Source of the DNA: Neoechinorhynchus agilis
Taxonomy: Eukaryota; Animalia; Acanthocephala
Reading direction: 5' to 3'
Length of the DNA stretch: 64,000 nt
Assembly: GCA_051530055.1 (NCBI GenBank)
Contig: CM121343.1
Span: forward strand, 1,644,389 to 1,708,388
A program made the translations under genes and the position numbers. The notes beneath the pieces are model-generated. The model was not told the DNA's origin and ran no database searches. It saw only the letters and a list, made by a program, of their open reading frames with translations. Positions 45,032 to 60,262 of the stretch are shown one piece after another (position 1 is the first letter of the stretch; each line of letters starts with the position of its first letter).

Positions 45032-45584
45032 GGTTTTAACGCTATAAGAAGTTTCTTCTTTTTAAGTCTAAATACCGAGGTATTTTTTATATGTTCTACT
45101 ACATCCATTTCTCTACTTGCACGATAAACGCTCCCAGAAATATAATGAATATCTAAAAGTCATTTAGCTATCACCTTTTTGGAAAATATATCCATGAGTA
45201 TCGCCCCTAATAAAATCAGACGAGCGAAATAGATTATACTAAAAATCTTATCGAAAACCGTTCTTGCTCGACCGTCTGCGTTACCAAGGCGGTAATTTCT
45301 GTGCGTTCAATTGAATTTCGATTAATTTTTTGGTGTGTGCCAAAGTTTTTTCGTAGTGTCTAAAGTGTTAGCACATTTTCATGACAGTTTTTGCAAGATT
45401 TATCAAATTCTTCAACTATGTCTTAATGCGTACATTTTAAGCAATTGAAATCGTTCTGGATTGTTTGATTAGTTAGAATCATTGAAAAATGATTGGTATT
45501 TTGCAAACAGAAGCCCGCAGTCATTTTTAACGTGATTTATGGCTTTTCTTAAAATAATATCACTAATGCACGAAATTTAGACCT

Positions 45585-46986
45585 TTATTTCATAAACCAG
45601 TTGAGTAGATTGACATTTATCATAAATGTAAGCGCTACAATGATTACTTTGCTAACGTGGCATTTTTGACCAAATGAGCATACTGAACATATAGTTAAAT
45701 TTTTGTGAATTTCCGTTTTGCATGTATTGCTATTAAGCATAAAGTCCAATATGGAGATCGAGAAAGGTTGATCGCACATAGCAAAGTCCGTCAATATGTA
45801 TTCTTTATTCTTCATTGTTTGGACAATGGCACAATCGCAGACAATTGGATTATCAAATAGGTGTATTTTTTGAATAGATGGTAATTTGTCCAAAAGGCAA
45901 TTGTCCAAAGTAGTAAGATTGTTGCTAACTAAATCCAACTCTTTGAGGCTTAAAAGATGGCAAAACGATCGGGATATATTAATGCTGTTGTTCCGAACAG
46001 ATAAAAATGACAGATTTTTCCATGGTGAAGCTGGTTCTATACTTTTAAGCAAACAGTCACTTAGTCCAGTAGTTTCCAACCAAATCAATAAAGTCACCTT
46101 CATAAAGACTATAAAGTGGTTATAATTTTCTGGGACCTTTTTTTTATTGCAACGCTAATTAAAAACAGAAAAAGGGCGATACTTCATTTTTAAGAATGAC
46201 ACCAAGGATGCGAAAAATGGATTTTAAACACATACCGTAAACATTCTACATTGGTAACCACTGGCTTACTTCAAGGCGGACGAGATTTGGCATCTTGATT
46301 GAGAACCATTTTGGAAAGATTCCCATTGGATTCCCATTTAGCATTAAGTTATTTAGTTCTCTTATCTTGAAACCTGGTTCCAACAAATTGATTCCTTTGA
46401 TGCGATTAAAAGACAAGTCGATTGATCTTGGCTTATTTAGTAAGCTGAAGTTGAATTTTGTTAAAAGATTAAAAGATGCATCGAGAATCTCAAGATTGAG
46501 TGGCAATAATTTACATTGAATACTTTTCATCGAATTGTGATTTATGAGTAGAAGTTGAACCGAGTCGGGCAATGTTGTCGACAAAGTTTCCAAATGGTTA
46601 TAGGCGAGGTTGAGAAATTTTAGGCATTTCGGGAACTCGCCAGATATCCATGAAATTCGATTGTTGGAGTAATCGAGACTCGTTGCATTGGGAGGGATCA
46701 TATATTTGAAACAAAGTTCTCATTAAAAATGGAAACAGCAGTCCATGAGAGCTCCTGTCTTATTGATAACCCGAATTCTATGGTTACTAAAAGTGAATTT
46801 ATCAATGCGATGACAGTTCGCAAAATTGATGGGAGAAACTTTGGCATGTGTTCCAATAATCGTTGCACTGCAATCGTAATTATTCCTTGCGGTTACCTGG
46901 CACCTCGACATGAACTTTGAGCATCCTGTTCGCTTCATTGATTTTAGGACTGAGAATAGCAGCGACACTAGGATTATTTTGATCAT
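45585..46986 (-). CDS. Secreted or membrane LRR protein (gene or pseudogene; exon structure unresolved)
   Basis: Hydrophobic N-terminus with Cys cluster (46986 ORF), LRRs (LDYSNNRI, LNLAYNHL, LDASFNLL, LDLVSNNL), LRR-CT (LFDNPIVCDC) and hydrophobic tail. Two in-frame stops at about 46720-46725 are not explained by an obvious intron. Confidence 0.55.
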
Positions 46987-47902
46987 TCGTTATTTTACGT
47001 AGGTGTAGAAGATACCATTGTGTCTAGATAGAAGTCATTTTGTTCAAATGCATTCTCACCAAGAGTGGTTTTTCATGGGGCATTGATTAAAGGATGCATA
47101 AAAGACGACCTTGACCGGATGTGGAATGCAACATTGGCATTGCCTACGTTTTTGATGAAGGAGATAGCTTATCCGTGAGGAGTTCTCGTTTATCAGTAGT
47201 ACCTTGTTTACGCACGTCAGTTTAATCAATTCGGAAAAATCCCCAGGCTTGATCAATCAATCGGACGCGAGCTATAACCACCAACGAACATGCTTTATTT
47301 CTTAATTTTTCTTTCAAAAAAGATTTCAGAAATGTTTCAACAAGCGGCATTGGATGGAGTTCTGGTATTGAATAACTAAGAAGATTAACTCGATTATCGC
47401 CTTCTTAAAGTTTATTGAGCATCATCGAAAACAGGAATGACTTTTGAAGATAAAAGGTATTTCTATGATCATGTATAAAATATATCGATTGTATTTCATT
47501 TATACAACTTTGCAACCTATAACAACGGCGGCGTTCGATGCGTTTGTAAAATTAGAGATGTGGGGAAGGATTTTCTTTTGATGGTTTTTTTGGTTTTCAG
47601 TGGCTAAGGACGTTAACCCATTTGGACCCCCTCAAAAACATGGAAACCGATTGAATCAGCGTTTCCTCGTGAGACCTGCCATTTAAAAGCAGTTGGTCTA
47701 TTGCTAGAGATGAATTTCTCAATTAAGCAGCCGACAAAAAAGCGAATACCACAAATAGATATACAGTATCCACACGGTCTCAAACGTCCTGGCGATTGTG
47801 CTTTTATAGACGTGTCAAGTGGAGACGACACTCCTCGAGACGGGTGTTTATCGTGACAGTCAATTATGGTGTCAGTCGCATGATGCCAAGACTTCACATA
47901 TA

Positions 47903-50900
47903 TCAAATCTTAAACTTTAATACAAAGCCCCGGGCATTGTTGGAAATGTCGGTCACAAATGTAACATTAACCAAATTGGAACGTGAGGTGAATGGCCGAG
48001 GTTTTCGATTGCCACATAACACTCGTGTCCCCAAGTGTCTATTTGTGTATGGGTGAAGTTGAGTAAATTGCAGCCTATCGTAAGTACATATTCCCTAGAT
48101 TCAAATTGAAATTGGTGACTGATGAGACCTATCGTACCGGTGATCCCTCGATTTCAAACTCTTCGAACTTGAATATTATCTTACGTCGTATGGGTGCTTC
48201 GATTAGCCACGAACATGAGAGGTTTGAGGGATATCGATTTGTCGAATCGTCCCGCGGAGATCGTATAATCGAAAACGGTCTACGTACGCCAAGTCGAATA
48301 TGTTCTTTGCAATTCTCCTTGTTTCTTTGAAGTTCTGCCAACTTGAGAACTAATGCGAGACCGTAGTTGATTGCATAATATAGACAAATTTACTACTTAC
48401 CACTTTCGATGGATGATAATGTCTTGCATGATCGCCCGTCTTTTAAAAGCTTGTAACCAATATCGCATTCACATACTATTTTGCCAAATACACTATTACA
48501 AATTTGACTGCAACCTCCATTCCTTATGCTACAACTATTTTTTCCTTTAAACAACACGAAGCACAAAAAAAGGTAAATGTAAAAAGTGCGGGACTGACTT
48601 GTCTGATAAACTGCTCTAAATGCAACCGAACCACCATTATGACTTATCATCCGAATTTTCATTGAATTGGAACGAGTCGATAGATAGATACTGTGATTGC
48701 ATCTATCTTTACCGCTCAACCGCTTCAGTAGAGGTAATTCGCTGCATGAGCAGTTCCCGTCATATACCACGATCCCAGTCGTAAAATCGTGGACGCCGCC
48801 ACCATTAATCTATGCGAAAATAGTATTATTTAAAGTATTTATAAGAATTACCGAAACATATCCTATTATTAAATTGATTTGGCTGCGTTCCGGTCCGTTA
48901 ATTGTCCATTCACATGCCTCAGAGTCGTCATTAGGATCCGGATAGGCAGGGTTTGAAATGAATGCATAAGGTGAACTCATTTGGCCACCACACTGCACTG
49001 CTTTGTATAGATACTAAGTCCGCGAAGAATACTTTTCAGCTCTAACCTCTGGCTATAAGCCTAAATTTTGGCATAGATTCCATCGCTTCCTGGACATTTG
49101 AACCCCATAGTTCAATAAACGATACATGCGACGATGAAGTTGATAAATCTCTTAAATTGCGCTGGCGTCCATTAATATATCCTATAAAAAGACCAAAAAT
49201 TGGTTGATTTTTTACGGTCAACAAATGTGTGTGTATATATTTTTTATTGATTCTAAGTCATAGAAAAAGAATACGCACAAAAAGGACTTTTCAATTTGCT
49301 GGATATTTAATAAATTTAAATTATGGCATAACGACGAGGGAATTGATCGGTTTTAACTACAGAAAATGTGTACATCACAACTTTTCCGATTTAGAGATTA
49401 AATGTATTTTTGTTCGCCGTGGAATGCTAAAGATATCTATGAGCAACATTGATATCCACATGTGGAAGAATAAAATGGATGTATTTGATTCTTAGTAAGC
49501 CCTTGTGGCGCACATTTTTCATTCACAAAAATCTACGAATATGAGAAACAATCCGTCAATATTTGTGAAGATGGCAGGCAGTATTATACGAAGAATGTTT
49601 TACAAAAAGAACGGCATAGAATTAGTGTAGTCCATAAAATTACGAAAAAATATGGATCGTCTTAGTAGCAAGAATGACATAAAGATTTGAAATGAAGGAT
49701 GAACAACATGCCTAGGATTCTAAGATTCCTGTGATAACTGTCGTAAATAATTCCGATTTGCCCCCGATACAAATGGATTTCCTCAACTTCGAGAACTATC
49801 CTATTGCCGGCTGATGTGATCATTCTCCATGCACAATATTGACATTGGGTGATATCATCAAGAGGTTCCACGATCAATGGTTCCTTGATGTTTTTCAAAA
49901 TCAGATTTCCACCACAAGCTATGAAATAGGCGAATATTACATTCGAGTTACTGTACATTGTTAGGAATGAGTACAACTAACGAGGACAACGATATAATTT
50001 GTTAGTTTGCACAATATCCCCTTTACTGGGCTGTATACGTTGTCCGAGCTGACCCATAGCGTCCAGATAATAATCATATTCCCCTTTATCTTCCTGTTTT
50101 TGATAACCTGTTCGTCTCAAAATTATAGTGAATTGCATATCAGACTTCGAGAACGTGTTCGGAGCATAGTGCATTATACTGTGTGGGTCGTAAGATTCTC
50201 CCAACGAATCAACATCCTCATCGGTTTTTTTAACAAAATTATACCTTTGATCTAATTTTGAGCAAATCACCGGTTCTATAAGCTTACGGTACTCATCACC
50301 TACCATGGTTTACATTATCATCGATGACATAAATATAGTCGTCCCGATCAGGTCTCGTGTGCTCGTGCCAGAAACCGATTGCGTGTCCGAATTCATGTGC
50401 CATGATTCCAGGTCTATCACATTCTTCACTCAAATACAGATACTGGGCGCCAAGCACTTGACGACCGACTTGTGAACAGCACCTACGATTTGATTATTGT
50501 TAATATGTACGCATCTCTGAGAAAAATTTCTTAAGAAATTCAAGTACCCGCATGCTCCTGGCTGGATTCGAAGCCAACTCGTGTGCCACATCTCTCTTTC
50601 CGTGAATAGAATACACGTACTTTTCATCCACATTCTCATTGAAAAATGGATCATTTGCAAAAATTGACCTTTTCACAAAAAAAAGTAATGATTTCTTATT
50701 CCCAAATATTAAAATATTACTAACCTGAATAATTGTACGTGATCTCATATGGGATTATAGCACCAGGCCATAGATTCATGGGGTTCGCAATAGCTGCTCG
50801 GCGTGTCCTTGATTGAAGCCGGTAGTATTGGAAGATGGTCCCTCGTTTTTTTTCTAAATAAGGTATCAGCACTTTTGTTGACATGAAACAAAGTACTTGA

Positions 50901-51099
50901 GACGATTTTCAACGACCGAAGAAAACAATGGCCACCCCCACCAAGGACCTTCATGTTTATTCATCATAACAGTTGTCATCACTGTATTGCTCATTTTCGC
51001 TATTGCGTTTGCATCTTTCGAAGGATCATATTGATGGCCATAGTGAAAAAAGTATCCAATTAACAAGCTGATCAGCAACGAGTTCATGCGATTGGCCAC
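47903..51099 (-). CDS. BMP1: BMP1/tolloid-like astacin metalloprotease (astacin-CUB-CUB-EGF-CUB), multi-exon
   Basis: RTRR|AA furin site, WPGAIIPYEI, CGCCSQVGR, HEFGHAIGFWHEH zinc motif, SIMHY Met-turn, three CUB-like blocks and EGF (CSIRNGGCSQIC...CECDIGYKL). Exons join in frame via GT-AG introns plus one GC-AG intron. Confidence 0.85.
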
Positions 51100-51579
51100 C
51101 GAATTGTGGCGAATTCAATATGTATATATATATATCTGGGTGTATGTATCTAGCGAGGTTCGATAGTCGCTCTATAAAAGACTATTGATAGGAATGTTCA
51201 ATCGTCTAGCGTGCTAAAGCATAGGAGATTGTTGATGTACGCCTACTCCTTGAATAAGAATGTATTTTTGTCTGATGGAACTAAGGCGGAAATGTGCCTT
51301 TTAAACACCACTACAGCCGCTCGTCTTTTCCTCTATATATTTTGTCTGCATGTCGTTCGTCTCGGTTGTTCAGATACACGTGCATTCTGCTCTTAGATAT
51401 AAAAGCGATCGAATATGCTCAATACTTGGATTTTCAGAAAAATTATCAAACAAACCTCAAATGCACTGATCATGCCGTTCAAAAATCTTAATCTGGATAG
51501 TTGCCTTTTTTAGTAGTATTTGCACACTTTTCTGGATCAATCACATACTTGGTACCTCCAATGAGATCGTCGTAGCTTT

Positions 51580-54500
51580 CAAAACGATGCAATCAAACTA
51601 CACTGGGACGTCAATCATCCGAAACGTCAATTTTATCCGGATATATTTTTGTCAACGACATGAACTTTATAAATGTTCAATCTGGACAAAACGATGCAAT
51701 CAAACTACACTGGGACGTCAATCATCCGAAACGTCAATTTTATCCGGATATATTTTTGTCAACGACATGAACTTTAAAAATGTTCAATCGAAACAAAACG
51801 ATGCAATCAAACTACACTGGGACGTCGATTATCCGAAACGTCAATTTTATCCGGATATATTTTTGTCAACGACATGAACTTTATAAATGTTCAATCTGGA
51901 CAAAACGATGCAATCAAACTACACTGGGACGTCGATTATCTGAAACGTCAATTTTATCCGGATATATTTTTGTCAACGACATGAACTTTATAAATGTTCA
52001 ATCGAAACAAAACAATGCAATCAAACTACACTGGGACGTCAATCATCCGAAACGTCAATTTTATCCGGATATATTTTTGTTAACGACATGAACTTTATAA
52101 ATGTTCAATCCAAACAAAACGATGCAATCAAACTACACTGGGACGTCAATCATCCGAAACGTCAATTTTATCCGGATATATTTTTGTCAACGACATGAAC
52201 TTTATAAATGTTCAATCTGGACAAAATAATGCAATAAAACTACACTGGGACGTCGATTATCCGAAACGTCAATTTTATCCGGATATATTTTTGTCAACGA
52301 CATGAACTTTATAAATGTTCAATCTGGACAAAACGATGCAATCAAACTACACTGGGACGTCGATTATCTGAAACGTCAATTTTATCCGGATATATTTTTG
52401 TCAACGACATGAACTTTATAAATGTTCAATCTGGACAACGATGCAATCAAACTACACTGGGACGTCGATTATCTGAAACGTCAATTCTATCCGGATATAT
52501 TTTTGTCAGCGACATGAACTTTATAAATGTTCAATCTGGACAAAACGATGCAATCAAACTACACTGGGACGTCAATCATCCGAAACGTCAATTTTATCCG
52601 CATATATTTTTGTCAACGACATGAACTTTATAAATGTTCAATCTAAACAAAACGATGCAATCAAACTACACTGGGACGTCAATCATCCGAAACGTCAATT
52701 TTATCCGCATATATTTTTGTCAACGACATGAACTTTATAAATGTTCAATCGAAACAAAACGATGCAATCAAACTACACTGGGACGTCAATCATCCGAAAC
52801 GTCAATTTTATCCGGATATATTTTTGTCAACGACGTGAACTTTATAAATGTTCAATCGAAACAAAACGATGCAATCAAACTACACTGGGACGTCGATTAT
52901 CCGAAACGTCAATTTTATCCGGATATATTTTTGTCAACGACGCGAACTTTATAAATGTTCAATCCAAACAAAACGATGCAATCAAACTACACTGGGACGT
53001 CAATCATCCGAAACGTCAATTTTATCCGCATATATTTTTGTCAACGACGTGAACTTTATAAATGTTCAATCTAAACAAAACGATGCAATCAAACTACACT
53101 GGGACGTCAATCATCCGAAACGTCAATTTTATCCGGATATATTTTTGTCAACGACATAAACTTTATAAACGTTCAATCGAAACAAAACGATGCAATCAAA
53201 CTACACTGGGACGTCAATCATCCGAAACGTCAATTTTATCCGGATATATTTTTGTCAACGACGTGAACTTTATAAATGTTCAATCTAAACAAAACGATGC
53301 AATCAAACTACACTGGGACGTCAATCATCCGAAACGTCAATTTTATCCGGATATATTTTTGTCAACGACATGAACTTTATAAATGTTCAATCTAAACAAA
53401 ACGATGCAATCAAACTACACTCTGACGTCAATCACCCGAAACTTCAATTTTATCCGCATATATTTTTGTCAACGACATGAACTTTATAAACGTTCAATCG
53501 AAACAAAACGATGCAATCAAACTACACTGGGACGTCAATCATCCGAAACGTCAATTTTATCCGGATATATTTTTGTCAACGACATGAACTTTATAAATGT
53601 TCAATCTGGACAAAGCGATGCAATCAAACTACACTGGGACGTCGATTATCCGAAACGTCAATTTTATCCGCATATATTTTTGTCAACGACATGAACTTTA
53701 TAAATGTTCAATCTAAACAAAACGATGCAATCAAACTACACTGGAACGTCGATTATCCGAAACGTCAATTTTATCCGCATATATTTTGTCAACGACATGA
53801 ACTTCAAAAATGTTCAATCTGGACAAAACAATGCAATCAAACTACACTGGGACGTCGATTATCCGAAACGTCAATTTTATCCGCATATATTTTTTGTAAA
53901 CGACATGAACTTTTTAAATGTTCAATCTGGACAAAACAATGCAATCAAACTACACTGGGACGTCAATCATCCGAAACGTCAATTTTATCCGGATATATTT
54001 TTTGTCAGCGACATGAACATTATAAATGTTCAATCTGGACAAGCGATGCAATCAAACTACACTGGGACGTCGATTATCCGAAACGTCAATTTTATCCGCA
54101 TATATTTTTGTCAACGACATGAACTTTATAAATGTTCAATCTAAACAAAACGATGCAATCAAACTACACTGGAACGTCGATTATCCGAAACGTCAATTTT
54201 ATCCGCATATATTTTTGTCAACGACATGAACTTCAAAAATGTTCAATCTGGACAAAACAATGCAATCAAACTACACTGGGACGTCGATTATCCGAAACGT
54301 CAATTTTATCCGCATATATTTTTGTCAACGACATGAACTTTATAAATGTTCAATCTGGACAAAGCGATGCAATCAAACTACACTGGGACGTCGATTATCC
54401 GAAACGTCAATTTTATCCGGATATATTTTTGTCAGCGACATGAACTTTATAAATGTTCAATCTGGACAAAACAGTGCAATCAAACTACACTGGGACGTCG

Positions 54501-57500
54501 ATGATCCGAAACGTCAATTTTATCCGGATATATTTTTGTCAACGACATGAACTTTATAAATGTTCAATCTGGACAAAACAATGCAATCAAACTACACTGG
54601 GACGTCGATTATCCGAAACGTCAATTTTATCCGGATATATTTTTGTCAGCGACATGAACTTTATAAATGTTCAATCTGGACAAAACAGTGCAATCAAACT
54701 ACACTGGGACGTCGATTATCTGAAACGTCAATTTTATCCGGATATATTTTTGTCAACGACGTGAACTTTATAAATGTTCAATCTGGACAAAACGATGCAA
54801 TCAAACTACACTGGGACGTCGATTATCTGAAACGTCAATTTTATCCGGATATATTTTTGTCAACGACGTGAACTTTATAAATGTTCAATCTAAACAAAAC
54901 GATGCAATGAAACTACACTGGAACGTCGATTATCCGAAACGTCAATTCTATCCGGATATATTTTTGTCAGCGACATGAACTTTAAAAATGTTCAATCTGG
55001 ACAAAACAATGCAATCAAACTACACTGGAACGTCGATTATCCGAAACGTCAATTTTATCCGCATATATTTTTGTCAACGACATGAACTTTATAAATGTTC
55101 AATCTGGACAAAACGATGCAATCAAACTACACTGGGACGTCGATTATCCGAAACGTCAATTCTATCCGGATATATTTTTGTCAGCGACATGAACTTTATA
55201 AATGTTCAATCTGGACAAAACAGTGCAATCAAACTACACTGGGACGTCGATTATCCGAAACGTCAATTTTATCCGGATATATTTTTGTCAACGACATGAA
55301 CTTTATAAATGTTCAATCTGGACAAAACGATGCAATCAAACTACACTGGACACGTCGATTATCTGAAACGTCAATTTTATCCGGATATATTTTTGTCAAC
55401 GACATGAACTTTATAAATGTTCAATCTGGACAAAACGATGCAATCAAACTACACTGGGACGTCGATTATCTGAAACGTCAATTTTATCCGGATATATTTT
55501 TGTCAACGACGTGAACTTTATAAATGTTCAATCTAAACAAAAAGATGCAATGAAACTACACTGGAACGTCGATTATCCGAAACGTCAATTCTATCCGGAT
55601 ATCTTTTTGTCAACGACATGAACTTTATAAATGTTCAATCTGGACAAAACGATGCAATCAAACTACACTGGGACGTCGATTATCTGAAACGTCAATTTTA
55701 TCCGGATATATTTTTGTCAACGACCTGAACTTTATAAATGTTCAATCTGGACAAAACAATGCAATCAAACTACACTGGGACGTCGATTATCCGAAACGTC
55801 AATTCTATCCGGATATATTTTTGTCAGCGACATGAACTTTATAAATGTTCAATCTGGACAAAACGGTACAATCAAACTACACTGGGACGTCGATTATCTG
55901 AAACCGTCAATTTTATCAGGATATATTTTTGTCAACGGTATTGAACTTTATAATGTTTTACCCAAACAAAATGATGCAATGAAACCGGAACTCCACGTCG
56001 ATTATCCGAAACGTCAATTCTATCCGGATATATTTTTGTCAGCGACATGAACTTTATAAATGTTCAATCTGGACAAAACAATGCAATCAAACTACACTGG
56101 GACGTCGATTATCCGAAACGTCAATTTTATCCGCATATATTTTTGTCAACGACATGAACTTTAAAAATGTTCAATCTGGACAAAACAATGCAATCAAACT
56201 ACACTGGGACGTCGATTATCTGAAACGTCAATTTTATCCGGATATATTTTTTTCAACGACATGAACTTTATAAATGTTCAATCTGGACAAAGCGATGCAA
56301 TCAAACTACACTGGGACGTCGATTATCCGAAACGTCAATTTTATCCGGATATATTTTTGTCAACGACATGAACTTCATAAATGTTCAATCTGGACAAAAC
56401 GATGCAATCAAACTACACTGGGACGTCGATTATCTGAAACGTCAATTTTATCCGGATATATTTTTGTCAGCGACATGAACTTTATAAATGTTCAATCTAA
56501 ACAAAACGATGCAATCAAACTACACTGGAACGTCGATTATCCGAAACGTCAATTCTATCCGGATATATTTTTGTCAGCGACATGAACTTTATAAATGTTC
56601 AATCTGGACAAAACAATGCAATCAAACTACACTGGGACGTCGATTATCCGAAACGTCAATTTTATCCGCATATATTTTAGTCAACGACATGAACTTCAAA
56701 AATGTTCAATCTGGACAAAACAATGCAATCAAACTACACTGGGACGTCGATTATCTGAAACGTCAATTTTATCCAGATATATTTTTGTCAACGACATGAA
56801 CTTTATAAATGTTCAATCTGGACAAAACGGTAAATCAAACTACACTGGAACGTCGATTATCCGAAACGTCAATTCTATCCGGATATATTTTTTGTCAGCG
56901 ACATGAACTTTATAAATGTTCAATCTGGACAAAACAATGCAATCCAAACTACACTGGGACGTCGATTATCCGAAACGTCAATTTTATCACATATATTTTG
57001 TCAACGACATGAACTTTAAAAATGTTCAATCTGGACAAAACGATGCAATCAAACTACACTGGGACGTCGATTATCTGAAACGTCAATTTTATCGGATATA
57101 TTTTTGTCAACGACATGAACTTTATAAATGTTCAATCTGGACAAAACAATGCAATCAAACTACACTGGGACGTCGATTATCCGAAACGTCAATTTTATCC
57201 GGATATATTTTTGTCAGCGACATGAACTTCAAAAATGTTCAATCTGGACAAAACAATGCAATCAAACTACACTGGGACGTCGATTATCTGAAACGTTAAT
57301 TTTATCCGGATATATTTTTGTCAACGACATGAACTTTATAAATGTTCAATCTGGACAAAGCGATGCAATCAAACTACACTGGGACGTCGATTATCCGAAA
57401 CGTCAATTTTATCCGGATATATTTTTGTCAACGACATGAACTTTATAAATGTTCAATCTGGACAAAACGATGCAATCAAACTACACTGGGACGTCGATTA

Positions 57501-60262
57501 TCTGAAACGTCAATTTTATCCGGATATATTTTTGTCAGCGACATGAACTTTATAAATGTTCAACTACACTGGGACGTCGATTATCCGAAACGTCAATTTT
57601 ATCCGGATATATTTTTGTCAACGACATGAACTTTATAAATGTTCAATCTGGACAAAACAATGCAATCAAACTACACTGGGACGTCGATTATCTGAAACGT
57701 CAATTTTATCCGGATATATTTTTGTCAACGACATGAACTTTATAAATGTTCAATCTGGACAAAACGATGCAATCAAACTACACTGGGACGTCGATTATCC
57801 GAAACGTCAATTTTATCCGGATATATTTTTGTCAGCGACATGAACTTTATAAATGTTCAATCTGGACAAAACAATGCAATCAAACTACACTGGGACGTCG
57901 ATTATCCGAAACGTCAATTTTATCCGCATATATTTTTGTCAACGACATGAACTTTATAAATGTTCAATCTGGACAAAACGATGCAATCAAACTACACTGG
58001 GACGTCGATTATCCGAAACGTCAATTTTATCCGGATATATTTTTGTCAACGACATGAACTTTATAAATGTTCAATCTGGACAAAACGATGCAATCAAACT
58101 ACACTGGGACGTCGATTATCTGAAACGTCAATTTTATCCGGATATATTTTTGTCAACGACATGAACTTTATAAATGTTCAATCTGGACAAAACGATGCAA
58201 TCAAACTACACTGGGACGTCGATTATCCGAAACGTCAATTTTATCCGGATATATTTTTGTCAACGACATGAACTTTATAAATGTTCAATCTGGACAAAAC
58301 AATGCAATCAAACTACACTGGGACGTCGATTATCCGAAACGTCAATTTTATCCGCATATATTTTTGTCAACGACATGAACTTTATAAATGTTCAATCTGG
58401 ACAAAACGATGCAATCAAACTACACTGGGACGTCGATTATCTGAAACGTCAATTTTATCCGGATATATTTTTGTCAACGACATGAACTTTATAAATGTTC
58501 AATCTGGACAAAACGATGCAATCAAACTACACTGGGACGTCGATTATCCGAAACGTCAATTTTATCCGGATATATTTTTGTCAACGACATGAACTTTATA
58601 AATGTTCAATCTGGACAAAACGATGCAATCAAACTACACTGGGACGTCGATTATCTGAAACGTTTTTATCCGGATATATTTTTGTCAACGACATGAACTT
58701 TATAAATGTTCAATCTGGACAAAACAATGCAATCAAACTACACTGGGACGTCGATTATCCGAAACGTCAATTTTATCCGGATATATTTTTGTCAACGACA
58801 TGAACTTTATAAATGTTCAATCTGGACAAAACAATGCAATCAAACTACACTGGGACGTCGATTATCTGAAACGTCAATTTTATCCGGATATATTTTTGTC
58901 AACGACATGAACTTTATAAATGTTCAATCTGGACAAAACGATGCAATCAAACTACACTGGGACGTCGATTATCCGAAACGTCAATTTTATCCGGATATAT
59001 TTTTGTCAACGACATGAACTTTCGACTGTATAAATGTTCAATCTGGACAAAACGATGCAATCAAACTACACTGGGACGTCGATTATCTGAAACGTCAATT
59101 TTATCCGGATATATTTTTGTCACGACTGAACTTTATAAATGTTCAATCAACAAAACGATGCAATCAAACTACACTGGACGTCGATTATCCGAAACGTCAA
59201 TTTATCCGATATATTTTTGTCAACGACATGAACTTTATAAATGTTCAATCTGGACAAAACGATGCAATCAAACTACACTGGGACGTCGATTATCCGAAAC
59301 GTCAATTTTATCCGGATATATTTTTGTCAACGACATGAACTTTATAAATGTTCAATCTGGACAAAACGATGCAATCAAACTACACTGGGACGTCGATTAT
59401 CCGAAACGTCAATTTTATCCGGATATATTTTTGTCAACGACATGAACTTTATAAATGTTCAATCTGGACAAAACGATGCAATCAAACTACACTGGGACGT
59501 CGATTATCTGCAATCAAACTACACTGGGACGTCGATTATCTGAAACGTCAATTTTATCCGGATATATTTTTGTCAACGACATGAACTTTATAAATGTTCA
59601 ATCTGGACAAAACAATGCAATCAAACTACACTGGGACGTCGATTATCCGAAACGTCAATTTTATCCGGATATATTTTTGTCAACGACATGAACTTTATAA
59701 ATGTTCAATCTGGACAAAACGATGCAATCAAACTACACTGGGACGTCGATTATCCGAAACGTCAATTTTATCCGGATATATTTTTGTCAACGACATGAAC
59801 TTTATAAATGTTCAATCTGGACAAAACAATGCAATCAAACTACACTGGGACGTCGATTATCCGAAACGTCAATTTTATCCGGATATATTTTTGTCAACGA
59901 CATGAACTTTATAAATGTTCAATCTGGACAAAACAATGCAATCAAACTACACTGGGACGTCGATTATCCGAAACGTCAATTTTATCCGGATATATTTTTG
60001 TCAACGACATGAACTTTATAAATGTTCAATCTGGACAAAACAATGCAATCAAACTACACTGGGACGTCGATTATCCGAAACGTCAATTTTATCCGGATAT
60101 ATTTTTGTCAGCGACATGAACTTTATAAATGTTCAATCTGGACAAAACATGCAATCAAACTACACTGGGACGTCGATTATCCGAAACGTCAATTTATCCG
60201 GATATATTTTTGTCAGCGACATGAACTTTATAAATGTTCAATCTGGACAAAACAATGCAATC
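51580..60262. repeat. 107-bp tandem satellite, about 81 units
   Basis: Unit aatgttcaatctggacaaaacgatgcaatcaaactacactgggacgtcgattatccgaaacgtcaattttatccggatatatttttgtcaacgacatgaactttata; ORF-track starts step by 107 (57746, 57853, 57960). Confidence 0.97.

Noticed and set aside
51580-60262. Dozens of ~103-aa ORFs in the array
   Set aside because: They arise from a 107-bp unit cycling through the three frames; no start context or homology.
51580-60262. CRISPR array or hammerhead-containing satellite
   Set aside because: There are no unique spacers or cas genes and the context is eukaryotic. GAAACGTC with a short GGA/TCC stem is present, but no CUGANGA or UUGANAA core precedes it. The minus-strand TTGACAA lacks a following GAAA.
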